From the IMG/VR virus record IMGVR_UViG_3300033997_000478, positions 1 through 64,000 of that record: a stretch of 64,000 bases of DNA. The stretch is one strand, 5' to 3'. Made by a program: the position numbers and the translations under genes. Shown here piece after piece: positions 56,631 through 64,000 of the stretch. Under the pieces are notes generated by a model. That model worked only from the letters and a program-made list of their open reading frames with translations, ran no database searches and was not told where the DNA came from. Within the stretch, counting starts at the first letter, position 1, and each line of letters starts with the position of its first letter.

Positions 56631-57434
56631 ATGTCTGACGGCCAACAGAATCGTACCAACAAACCGCCCATCCTCACCATGGGCGTCCAGAGCCTGAAGC
56701 TCTATGGCGAGAACATCAACGGCGCGACCAAGTCGCCGATGCTCTCGCTGAAGATCAAGCGCAACGAGCCCGTCCTGGCCGTGTCCACCGGTGTGGAAGG
56801 TGACAAGGACTACGGCAAGTTCGAAGTGGCCATCGACTGGCCGACCCTGTTCCAGATCTTCCAGCACGTCGACGACGCTGCCAACAATCCGGAATTCCCC
56901 GGCGCCAAGATCGAGTTCCACCAGAAGCGCTACATGCGTGCCCAGGGTGGGCAGTCGCAGACCCCGATGCTGGAAGGCCAGATCGTCGTCGGCCGCATCG
57001 CCGCTTCGGGCGTGATCTACATCGGCGTGTCGACCTGGGACAACGATCGTCCCAAGTGCAAGTACATCTTCCGTCCGATCATCGATGCACGCAAGAAGGT
57101 CCAGGTCTTCAAGGGCGACGGCACCCCGTGGGGTGAAGGCGAACTGAGCCAGGCCTACGCCAAGGGTTGGGTGCGCATGATGTCGCAGATCGCCGTCATG
57201 ATGGCCAGCCAGGAATACGTGGCACCGGACTACAGCCAGCAGAACGGCGGTGGCGGTCAGCGTCAAGGCGGCGGTGGCGGTAGCTGGGGTAACCGCGGCG
57301 GTGGCAACGGCGGTGGTGGTTACAACCAGAACCGCGGTGGCGGTAATGGTGGTGGCGGCTACCAGCAGAACCAACAGCAGTCCAGTGGCGGCGGTTCGTC
57401 CGGCGGCTGGGGTGATGACGACATCCCCATGTAA
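56631..57434 (+). CDS. gp67-like protein with a G/Q/N-rich linker and an SSB-like acidic tip; candidate ssDNA-binding protein
   Basis: Ends GGSSGGWGDDDIPM; directly upstream of the gp68-like gene. Confidence 0.7.
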   Translation: MSDGQQNRTNKPPILTMGVQSLKLYGENINGATKSPMLSLKIKRNEPVLAVSTGVEGDKDYGKFEVAIDWPTLFQIFQHVDDAANNPEFPGAKIEFHQKRYMRAQGGQSQTPMLEGQIVVGRIAASGVIYIGVSTWDNDRPKCKYIFRPIIDARKKVQVFKGDGTPWGEGELSQAYAKGWVRMMSQIAVMMASQEYVAPDYSQQNGGGGQRQGGGGGSWGNRGGGNGGGGYNQNRGGGNGGGGYQQNQQQSSGGGSSGGWGDDDIPM

Positions 57435-57455
57435 GGGATGCCGAGTTGAGGAACG

Positions 57456-57476
57456 AGGGGGCTTCGGCCCCCTCAA
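57456..57476 (+). terminator. UUCG hairpin after the gp67-like gene
   Basis: GAGGGGGC-TTCG-GCCCCCTC followed by AATTCTT. Confidence 0.65.
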
Positions 57477-57788
57477 TTCTTCCCCTTAAACAAGGCGCTG
57501 AAAAAGGCCTAATCCTATTACGGTGGATAGACATGTCCAAGCAACACATGCAGTGCATCTACTGAACAACCTCAAGACCTCACCGAAGCTCTCAATAGCG
57601 CCAAGGCGTATTGGGGGTTTCGAGGCAACGTAAGTTGCCCCTCCATTCGAGGGGACGTGTGGCGTATAAACAGAATAACCGAATTTCAAACCCACACTAT
57701 CCTTTCGAACACACCTATCAGAAATAGCGCAAGGACTGCGCTCTGGGTAGTTCGCAATAAGAAGTAAAACCGAAGGGAACCCGCCAAG

Positions 57789-59384
57789 ATGAAAATCAGT
57801 GCAATCTCAGCCCCCGGTCAAGGGTTGACGACCGTCATCACCGAACATGGTGGCGAACGACTGACATGGGATGTTAGTCCGACATACGGCCGCAGTAATA
57901 GCCGTGGTGGTAAAGGCAGTATCGCCGATGATGAAATTGACAGCGCCAAGCTGTTTGATGAATTCAACGGCTACGTGGCAACGCTCAGCATGGAACGGCA
58001 GCAGGGTATCTGGGAAGCATTCCAGGACATCTACGCCATCTTCCGTGCGGACTACGAACTGGAAACGGCCACCGAGAAGCTCAAGCAGAAGATCCGCTCG
58101 CTCTACTCGATGATCCCGATGGCAGAGTTGCGCCACTGGCTCCAGTTCTACGGCAACATCAACTATCCGGCCACCGTCAAGGAACGGTTGGATGGGGATG
58201 AAATCACCGACCGCTCTCCCAGCCGTACGTACCTGCGTGCGGACTACTTCGGTCTGGTGGTCTTCACCGTCGCACTGCGACCGATGCTGCCGATCTGGGG
58301 TGAGTACATCGCAGCCACCCGGCGCGACTCGGGCAACAACTACAAGGAGAACCGAGCCTGGGGTCTGCTGTATCACACCGAGCTGCCGCGCTCTCCGGAA
58401 TACGATCGTCTGCTGGAATTCATCACCCACACCAGCCAGAACTTCATCAAGCAGGACGAGACCTTCACTGCAATTCTCGAAGGCCTCAGCACTGCTGAGA
58501 TGCCGAGCTGGATGCTGGCCATCACCGCCGTACGGCGTCTGGTGATCAGTGAAATCCATCCCGATCCGGATCAGCGCAACAAGAACCTGATCGCGATGGT
58601 CCACTTCTTCATTGACAGCAAGATCCTGTCGATGCCCCGCGACTTCGGTCGCAAGTTCGGTGGTCGCATCAGCGACAAGAAGCCGCCAGCCGGCCAGTCC
58701 GAGGAAAGCAACTCCTCGGTGGTGGAGCAGTACAAGATCAAGCCGGACATTCCCGACGGCCACATCGTTTCGCTCAACGTGTACTCCGAAGATCCCCACC
58801 GGATGTTGCTGGTGCGCGATCCCGACGTACCGACGGAACTGCTCGAAAAGTGCCTGAACTCCATCAAGGACATGGCACCGCGCGACATCGACGCCAGCGG
58901 CATGTGGCTCACCCGCTGGGCCATCAGTCCCGTACTGCCGGCCCGAGCCATCGATCTGCTGCTGATCGATTCGCTGAAGAATACCATGGCTGTCTCCCAG
59001 GCAACCCTGTGGCATTGGGGTTTCTACGATCTGGCAGCACTGGTCACTGCAACACCGCAGATCACCAACGATGAAATCATTACCGCTCCGGGTGAATCGC
59101 GTGGTAAGGTCAACAAGGAGATGATGTCTCAGTTGGCCCAGAACTACACGTACCACCCCCAAGTCAAGCGCAGCACTTCGGTCCGTCAGGCCCGAGGCGA
59201 CGTGCGTGCAATCGACGCACTGGCTGATCTGATTTCCCGCAACGACTGGATCCTCAATGCTCCCTCAGAGCTGATCGAGGCCTCCTCCACCATCGGCGAC
59301 TCGCGGTTCATGATGCCGCCGCCGCTGCTGCGTGTCCAGTTGGGGCATCTGCTACTCCACCCGAAGTTCAACAGGATTGATTAA
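57789..59384 (+). CDS. Non-virion RNAP promoter-specificity (sigma-like) subunit, phiKZ gp68-like
   Basis: 531 aa, mostly helical; TYLRADYFGL...LRPMLPIWGEY; position between the gp67-like and gp69-like genes. Confidence 0.75.
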   Translation: MKISAISAPGQGLTTVITEHGGERLTWDVSPTYGRSNSRGGKGSIADDEIDSAKLFDEFNGYVATLSMERQQGIWEAFQDIYAIFRADYELETATEKLKQKIRSLYSMIPMAELRHWLQFYGNINYPATVKERLDGDEITDRSPSRTYLRADYFGLVVFTVALRPMLPIWGEYIAATRRDSGNNYKENRAWGLLYHTELPRSPEYDRLLEFITHTSQNFIKQDETFTAILEGLSTAEMPSWMLAITAVRRLVISEIHPDPDQRNKNLIAMVHFFIDSKILSMPRDFGRKFGGRISDKKPPAGQSEESNSSVVEQYKIKPDIPDGHIVSLNVYSEDPHRMLLVRDPDVPTELLEKCLNSIKDMAPRDIDASGMWLTRWAISPVLPARAIDLLLIDSLKNTMAVSQATLWHWGFYDLAALVTATPQITNDEIITAPGESRGKVNKEMMSQLAQNYTYHPQVKRSTSVRQARGDVRAIDALADLISRNDWILNAPSELIEASSTIGDSRFMMPPPLLRVQLGHLLLHPKFNRID

Positions 59385-59390
59385 TAGCCC

Positions 59391-60863
59391 ATGAAAATTG
59401 TCAAAGTTCTGTTCATGGAAATTGGCGCAAATGACCAGATGTATCTGCGCCCGTTTCAGGCAAACGTGGATGGCGAGGAACTGAACCACCTGCAGGAAGT
59501 CACCCGCAACGGCAAGAACCTGACACCGGCCGCGCTCAGTGGCGTGGGTGCTGACATCATGCGTCCTTCGGCCACGATCTCCAATCCGGTGGACGTGGTG
59601 GGCGGTCTGAACAACGGCCGTCTGGTGTTCATGATGGAAGTGGAATGGCCGGCGCAAGCGGGTCTGGTCACGGTGGAGTACCTCACCGGTTACACCGACT
59701 ACGTCGGCGTCAACGCCACCTTCGGTCGCAACACCTACGACCCGAACATGCGGCTGTACTTCAACAACGTGATCCGCGGTAGCCGTCGTCGCGATCGCAG
59801 CGGCTTTGCTTCCCGCTCCACGGTGCACGTGCAGGATTCCCACCAGATCATCTCCGGTGAGTACCAGCCGGACATCACCAACCTGCACAACGTCCCGCAC
59901 CTGATGCGCCCGCAGGACGTGTTCACCAACGTCTCCATGGCCGAATGCCGGAACCTGATCTCCGGCGACGTCTACGACACCCGCTCCACCCACGGCCCGG
60001 ACAAGCTGCAGGTCAGCGACCGTCGCAACAACATCCCCGGCACCTACCTGTCGCGCCTGCTGACCACGTGGAACGATCACAGCGATCGTGATCACCACGA
60101 CGAGGCGACCATGTACAGCTCGATGGCCTCGGTGGTTGCAGAACCGTCGATCATCAAGCTGCGCACGATCTCCAAGCTGTCCACCATGACCGACCTGCGT
60201 CGCGGTGGTTCGGTCACCTGGGGCGAGCTGAAGGAAGCCGATGAAGTGGGCATGCTCGAAGCCCGCACCACGGCGGCACTGGCGCTCTCCAATGCCACCC
60301 GCAGTCAGCTCAGCCATGTCGGCCAGGGTCAGCACTGGCGCGGTAATGATCACCACACGATCATCGCCACCAGCGTCGCCCAAGCAGTTCCGGGCATCAT
60401 GGCGCAGCTGCTGTTGACCATGGCGCAGTTCACGGCCACCAACATGACCTTGGACGGCAGCTGGATCGTCAACATGATCGACTGGGAGTCCTTCAACGAC
60501 GACCAGGACATGGTGATCGAGCAGGTCAAGCTGTTCCAGCAGCGCATGATCACTGATCTGCTGTTGGGTGTTTCGGCAGGCAACCTGATGCCGATGGCCC
60601 TGACCTGCACGTTCGATGTCATGTCCCAGACCAGCATCGAAGTGGACTTCGACGGCGAAGCTGTACCGTTCTTCGCCCCGAGCTTCTGCGACGGCCTGTT
60701 CTCCAACATCCGCGCACCCGGCACCAACGCTTTGGACGATCTGGCTACCAACATCCAGAAGCTGATGCTCTCCATGCATCAGGACAACTCGGCCAAGCAC
60801 ACCGCCTACGAACCAATCGAAATGGGAAATTTCCGTAATGATCAAGCCAACCACTCTCTTTGA
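59391..60863 (+). CDS. picA: Probable PicA/Imp1 nuclear import factor (phiKZ gp69-like)
   Basis: 490 aa directly after the gp68-like gene; YLRPFQAN, YLTGYTDY and MRLYFNNV motifs; assignment rests largely on synteny. Confidence 0.65.
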   Translation: MKIVKVLFMEIGANDQMYLRPFQANVDGEELNHLQEVTRNGKNLTPAALSGVGADIMRPSATISNPVDVVGGLNNGRLVFMMEVEWPAQAGLVTVEYLTGYTDYVGVNATFGRNTYDPNMRLYFNNVIRGSRRRDRSGFASRSTVHVQDSHQIISGEYQPDITNLHNVPHLMRPQDVFTNVSMAECRNLISGDVYDTRSTHGPDKLQVSDRRNNIPGTYLSRLLTTWNDHSDRDHHDEATMYSSMASVVAEPSIIKLRTISKLSTMTDLRRGGSVTWGELKEADEVGMLEARTTAALALSNATRSQLSHVGQGQHWRGNDHHTIIATSVAQAVPGIMAQLLLTMAQFTATNMTLDGSWIVNMIDWESFNDDQDMVIEQVKLFQQRMITDLLLGVSAGNLMPMALTCTFDVMSQTSIEVDFDGEAVPFFAPSFCDGLFSNIRAPGTNALDDLATNIQKLMLSMHQDNSAKHTAYEPIEMGNFRNDQANHSL

Positions 60864-62133
60864 AATGGTTCTGAACTCGGCCGGTGCCGACCACGACGAA
60901 AACGGTCTGGTCAGCATGCGCATGATCGATGAAGAACCGATGCCGTGGAAGATCGGCGGCAAGCGACTGGCCATCCCGTACAAGGAGCTGCTCCGTGAGG
61001 GCGCCTTCAACGAAGATGGTCAGCTGATCGCCTTCCAGCCGTTCAGCGAGAACGTCGTGCTGGACACGTCCCCGGTGCTGGAGTCGTTGAACAACGCCTT
61101 CCTGCATCGCCTGACCACCGTCACCAAGGAGCTGGTCATCCAGCTCTCGGCGGTGGCTGCGGACAAGGACAAGCACCCGAAGATGAAGATGAATGCCCAG
61201 AAGGTGCTCTCGGCCATGCCGGACGCCGACGAGACCATGGCCAAGTCCTTCGCCAAGATCATGCAGGCATCTTCCACCGTCGGCAAGAACCAGCTGCTGT
61301 CGCTGTTCGTGCGCTCCTCCGGCACCTACGGCGGCGAGAAGGTGCATCGCCTGGGCAAGTTCTTCCCGCGCGTGGCCGGTGAGCTCGACGATGGCAACCA
61401 CGAGATCTTCGGCGTAACCCTGCGCAAGAAGAAGGACGTGCCGATGTTCAAGGCACTGCTGGAGTACCTGTTCCCCGGCTACGAGGATCCGGACACCTAC
61501 TCGGCCCCGTCCAACTCGCCGGTGGCACCGACCTTCCACGCGCTGCTCAAGTGCTTTGCCAAGGTGGCTGCTCAGCTGAACAAGATCGTGGACATCCACG
61601 CTCGTCACCTGAACAACCCCGACAGCCTGCGCATCGACATCGACTGGCGGGAAGCGGTGGAAAGCCTGGAACCGTACCGCGACCTGCTCCCGGTACTGCC
61701 GGGCAACGACGGCAAGGAAGGCATCAAGACCCAGCGCGTGCGCGCTGAGAAGAGTACGGCCGCGGCCAACACCGCAGCAGCTGCAGCGCCGGCACCGGTC
61801 CGCAAGGAAGGCGGCGTGAGCGTGACTGACTTCCTCGGCGGCATCCGTCAATCCACTCAGCCGGCAGCGGCCAGTGGTTGGGGACAGCCCGCCAATGCGG
61901 GGGGTCTTCAACCCATGGGTTTCCGCGCTCAACAGCAGGAGCTGATCCGTCGCCAGCGTGAGCTGGAGCAGTTGCCCGATTGGGCTCGTCCGGAGCAGGA
62001 TAATTCCCGCTTCCAGTCCAACACCGGCAGTGGCTGGGGTCGGGACAACGGCACCATCTCTCGGGGTGGTGGGCGAGTCTTCGGTGGTGGCGGTAGCAGC
62101 CGTGGCGGTTGGGGTGGCGGTTCTTCCCTGTAA
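60838..62133 (+). CDS. Conserved protein (gp70-like) with a Gly/Arg-rich disordered C-tail
   Basis: Overlaps the end of the picA-like gene; strong codon bias. Confidence 0.7.
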   Translation: MIKPTTLFEMVLNSAGADHDENGLVSMRMIDEEPMPWKIGGKRLAIPYKELLREGAFNEDGQLIAFQPFSENVVLDTSPVLESLNNAFLHRLTTVTKELVIQLSAVAADKDKHPKMKMNAQKVLSAMPDADETMAKSFAKIMQASSTVGKNQLLSLFVRSSGTYGGEKVHRLGKFFPRVAGELDDGNHEIFGVTLRKKKDVPMFKALLEYLFPGYEDPDTYSAPSNSPVAPTFHALLKCFAKVAAQLNKIVDIHARHLNNPDSLRIDIDWREAVESLEPYRDLLPVLPGNDGKEGIKTQRVRAEKSTAAANTAAAAAPAPVRKEGGVSVTDFLGGIRQSTQPAAASGWGQPANAGGLQPMGFRAQQQELIRRQRELEQLPDWARPEQDNSRFQSNTGSGWGRDNGTISRGGGRVFGGGGSSRGGWGGGSSL

Positions 62134-62135
62134 GG

Positions 62136-62170
62136 CGGCATAAGCGCCAGGCCCCTCCGGGGGCCTGGCA
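62136..62170. terminator. Hairpin between convergent genes, preceded by CGGCATAA
   Basis: GCCAGGCCCC-TCC-GGGGGCCTGGC. Confidence 0.72.
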
Positions 62171-62183
62171 ACTCAGGACATTT

Positions 62184-62522
62184 TCATTTTGCCAAGGACC
62201 GATACACTTGGTACAGGCGATTGAGGGTTTCGGTCGTAGGAATCATGACCGTACCTCGACTGCCATCAAACTCGGTGGGGTTGGTCATGCCATTGACCCG
62301 CAGTGCTACCCAGTGACGCTCAGGTGGGACTCCCAGTTCCAGCAGGGCTCCATCAAAGTCGCCGCGGTACTTGTAACCCAAGTGGTCGTCAATGATCACC
62401 ACGTCCATCTCCGCACTGCTTCGCAGCCATTGGAGATGGTCTTCCACCAGCTTCCTCCATTCGGGGGTGTAGTAAACAGCACCACCGGAAGGGGTAAGCA
62501 GGCCCAAAACCGACATGGTCAT
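62184..62522 (-). CDS. Small conserved protein, possibly T4 gp53-like (LysM-like) baseplate component
   Basis: YRGDFDGALLELGVPPERHWVALRVNGMTNP...IP pattern; AGGAGG RBS. Confidence 0.5.
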   Translation of the reverse strand: MTMSVLGLLTPSGGAVYYTPEWRKLVEDHLQWLRSSAEMDVVIIDDHLGYKYRGDFDGALLELGVPPERHWVALRVNGMTNPTEFDGSRGTVMIPTTETLNRLYQVYRSLAK

Positions 62523-62586
62523 CGCGACCTCCTAAAAAATCTTAGACACATACTATCATGGGGAGAGTACTCCTGGTAGAATTGTA

Positions 62587-63168
62587 ATGCACAAAACCAA
62601 ATCGCCGAATTACCAGCGTTGGGTCATGATGGTGCGCAGATGCACCAATCCCCAAGACCCCTCATACGGAAACTACGGTGCACGTGGTATTCGAGTTTGC
62701 GAAAGGTGGATGTCTTTCGAGAACTTCGACGCCGACATGGGATTGCCACCAACGCCCGATCATTCGATCGAACGTCTTGACGTCAACGGCCATTATGAGC
62801 CGAACAATTGTTGTTGGGCCACTCCCCAGGAACAAGCAAGAAATCGCAGAAGTAACGTTCTGCATGAGCATGACGGGGAGAAACACTTCCTCGATGATCT
62901 GGCTGATAAGAACAACATCCCTAAGCGCACCGTGATCGATAGGATGCGTCGAAAGGGAATGAGTTTGTCCGAAGCACTGACAATGCCGAGGATGCGCGAA
63001 GACGTCTACATTGAAGTGGACGGCGTAAAGGTGAAAAGGGCTGATCTCTTGCGTAACGCCAAGATTTCCATACCCACTTTCAACAAACGACTCAGTCAAG
63101 GAATGTCGGTCGAAGAGGCACTGAAGGCGCCCGTCGTTAGGGGTCGCCCGCGTAAAACACCTAAGTAG
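62587..63168 (+). CDS. Free-standing HNH-family endonuclease-like protein with two C-terminal HTH-like repeats
   Basis: YGARGIRVCERW...DMGLPPTPDHSIERLDVNGHYEPNNCCWAT. Confidence 0.8.
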   Translation: MHKTKSPNYQRWVMMVRRCTNPQDPSYGNYGARGIRVCERWMSFENFDADMGLPPTPDHSIERLDVNGHYEPNNCCWATPQEQARNRRSNVLHEHDGEKHFLDDLADKNNIPKRTVIDRMRRKGMSLSEALTMPRMREDVYIEVDGVKVKRADLLRNAKISIPTFNKRLSQGMSVEEALKAPVVRGRPRKTPK

Positions 63169-63239
63169 GGTCGGTTAGAACTACTGTATCCGCTGCCGCC
63201 GCAGCACGTCGTAAAAGCTACTGGGGTAGAAATAAGACC

Positions 63240-64000
63240 ATGAAACAGGTCAACGAACACCGCGCCGAATTGGCGTCCTCAGCATCGTTCAACCCGTTCA
63301 TCGCCCATGATTCCTCTGCCCGCGTGCAGATGATGGGCTCGCATCTTTCGCAAGCACTCCCCGTCAAGGATTGCCAACCGCGCCGGATTCTTACCGGCAT
63401 GGAACGGGAATTTGGCCGGGCCACGTTCAATGTCGAGATTCCGGTGGATGCGGAAATCATCGACATCATTCACAAGTTCACCGATACAGCCGGTGCAGGT
63501 GGTATTCGCATCAACCCCACCACCGTGATCATCTACATGGATGCTCGCACCAACCAGTTCGATGCCGTGGAGTTCAACAGCTACCACAGCATGCACCAGT
63601 CGTTCGGCTTCAACTTCGTCCGCACCCAGGCCATGCGCAACCTGCGTCCTGAGCAGTCGATCCCGGCCGGCACCGTACTGGGTCGTTCGCCGACACTGGA
63701 TGATCAGGACAACTACCGGATCGGTCTGAACGTCAAGTCGGCGTTCATGTCCATTCCCGGCGTTACCGAGGACGGCTTCATCGTCTCCGAAAGCCTGTGC
63801 AAGCGCATGACCACCACGTGCATCAAGAAGACCAGCTTCAGCTGGGGCAAGACGTGGTATCCGCTGAACTTGTACGGCGATGAGAAGAACTACAAGCCGA
63901 TGCCCGACATCGGTGATCGCATCCGTGACGATGGCCTGATCTGCACCCTGCGCCGCATGGACCAGGATACGGACATCATGTACTATCCGCTGGAGATGTC
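63240..64000 (+). CDS. Non-virion RNA polymerase beta-like subunit, N-terminal part (phiKZ gp71-73-like); runs off the window
   Basis: Not in the supplied ORF track. ATG 63240 gives MKQVNEHRAELASSASFNPFIAHDSSARVQMMGSHLSQA and later GLNVKSAFMSIPGVTEDGFIVSE, both RpoB-like. Confidence 0.9.
   Translation, partial: MKQVNEHRAELASSASFNPFIAHDSSARVQMMGSHLSQALPVKDCQPRRILTGMEREFGRATFNVEIPVDAEIIDIIHKFTDTAGAGGIRINPTTVIIYMDARTNQFDAVEFNSYHSMHQSFGFNFVRTQAMRNLRPEQSIPAGTVLGRSPTLDDQDNYRIGLNVKSAFMSIPGVTEDGFIVSESLCKRMTTTCIKKTSFSWGKTWYPLNLYGDEKNYKPMPDIGDRIRDDGLICTLRRMDQDTDIMYYPLEM

Noticed and set aside
57245-57410. GGC/GGT/CAG-rich repetitive DNA as a CRISPR or tandem repeat
   Set aside because: It encodes the Gly/Gln-rich linker; there is no repeat-spacer periodicity.
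57486-57695. 69-aa minus-strand ORF in the gp67-gp68 gap
   Set aside because: No RBS or core codon bias; kept only as an alternative explanation for the structured gap.
59352-61932. 552-aa and 395-aa minus-strand ORFs
   Set aside because: Shadows of the picA-like and gp70-like genes.
1-64000. Stop-codon reassignment, tRNA/rRNA genes, CRISPR arrays
   Set aside because: Genes read through cleanly in code 11 with TAA, TGA and TAG all used as stops; by eye I saw no cloverleaf or direct-repeat array (tRNAscan not run).

Overview
This 64 kb window is part of a high-GC, nucleus-forming jumbo phage genome (phiKZ-like, Chimalliviridae). I judged GC by eye at roughly 60%, with strongly C/G-ending codons in core genes. 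Recognisable core genes, in order: the virion RNA polymerase beta-like gene (5'-truncated, split by a group I intron carrying an HNH homing endonuclease), head maturation protease, tail tube, tail sheath, terminase large subunit, PhuZ tubulin, family B DNA polymerase, chimallin (nuclear shell), the non-virion RNAP beta' subunit with NADFDGD, an SbcD/Mre11 nuclease, a gp68-like sigma-like subunit, a probable PicA/Imp1 homologue, and the start of the non-virion RNAP beta subunit. The phiKZ gp-number equivalences come from motifs plus remembered synteny, not from a database search. Accessory blocks (9-16 kb, 29.7-35 kb) include a DarG-like macrodomain, a DUF488-like protein, a small HTH protein, a lipoprotein and free-standing HNH-like genes. 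The least-explained signals are: (i) a tandem array of about 10 highly divergent, apparently paralogous genes between phuZ and the DNA polymerase; (ii) a protein ending in a bacterial SSB-like acidic tip (DDDIPM); (iii) about 20 intergenic GC hairpins, most flanked by CATA and/or TATG instead of U-tracts; (iv) several highly structured intergenic regions that may be ncRNAs. I saw no tRNA, rRNA, CRISPR array or stop-codon recoding.
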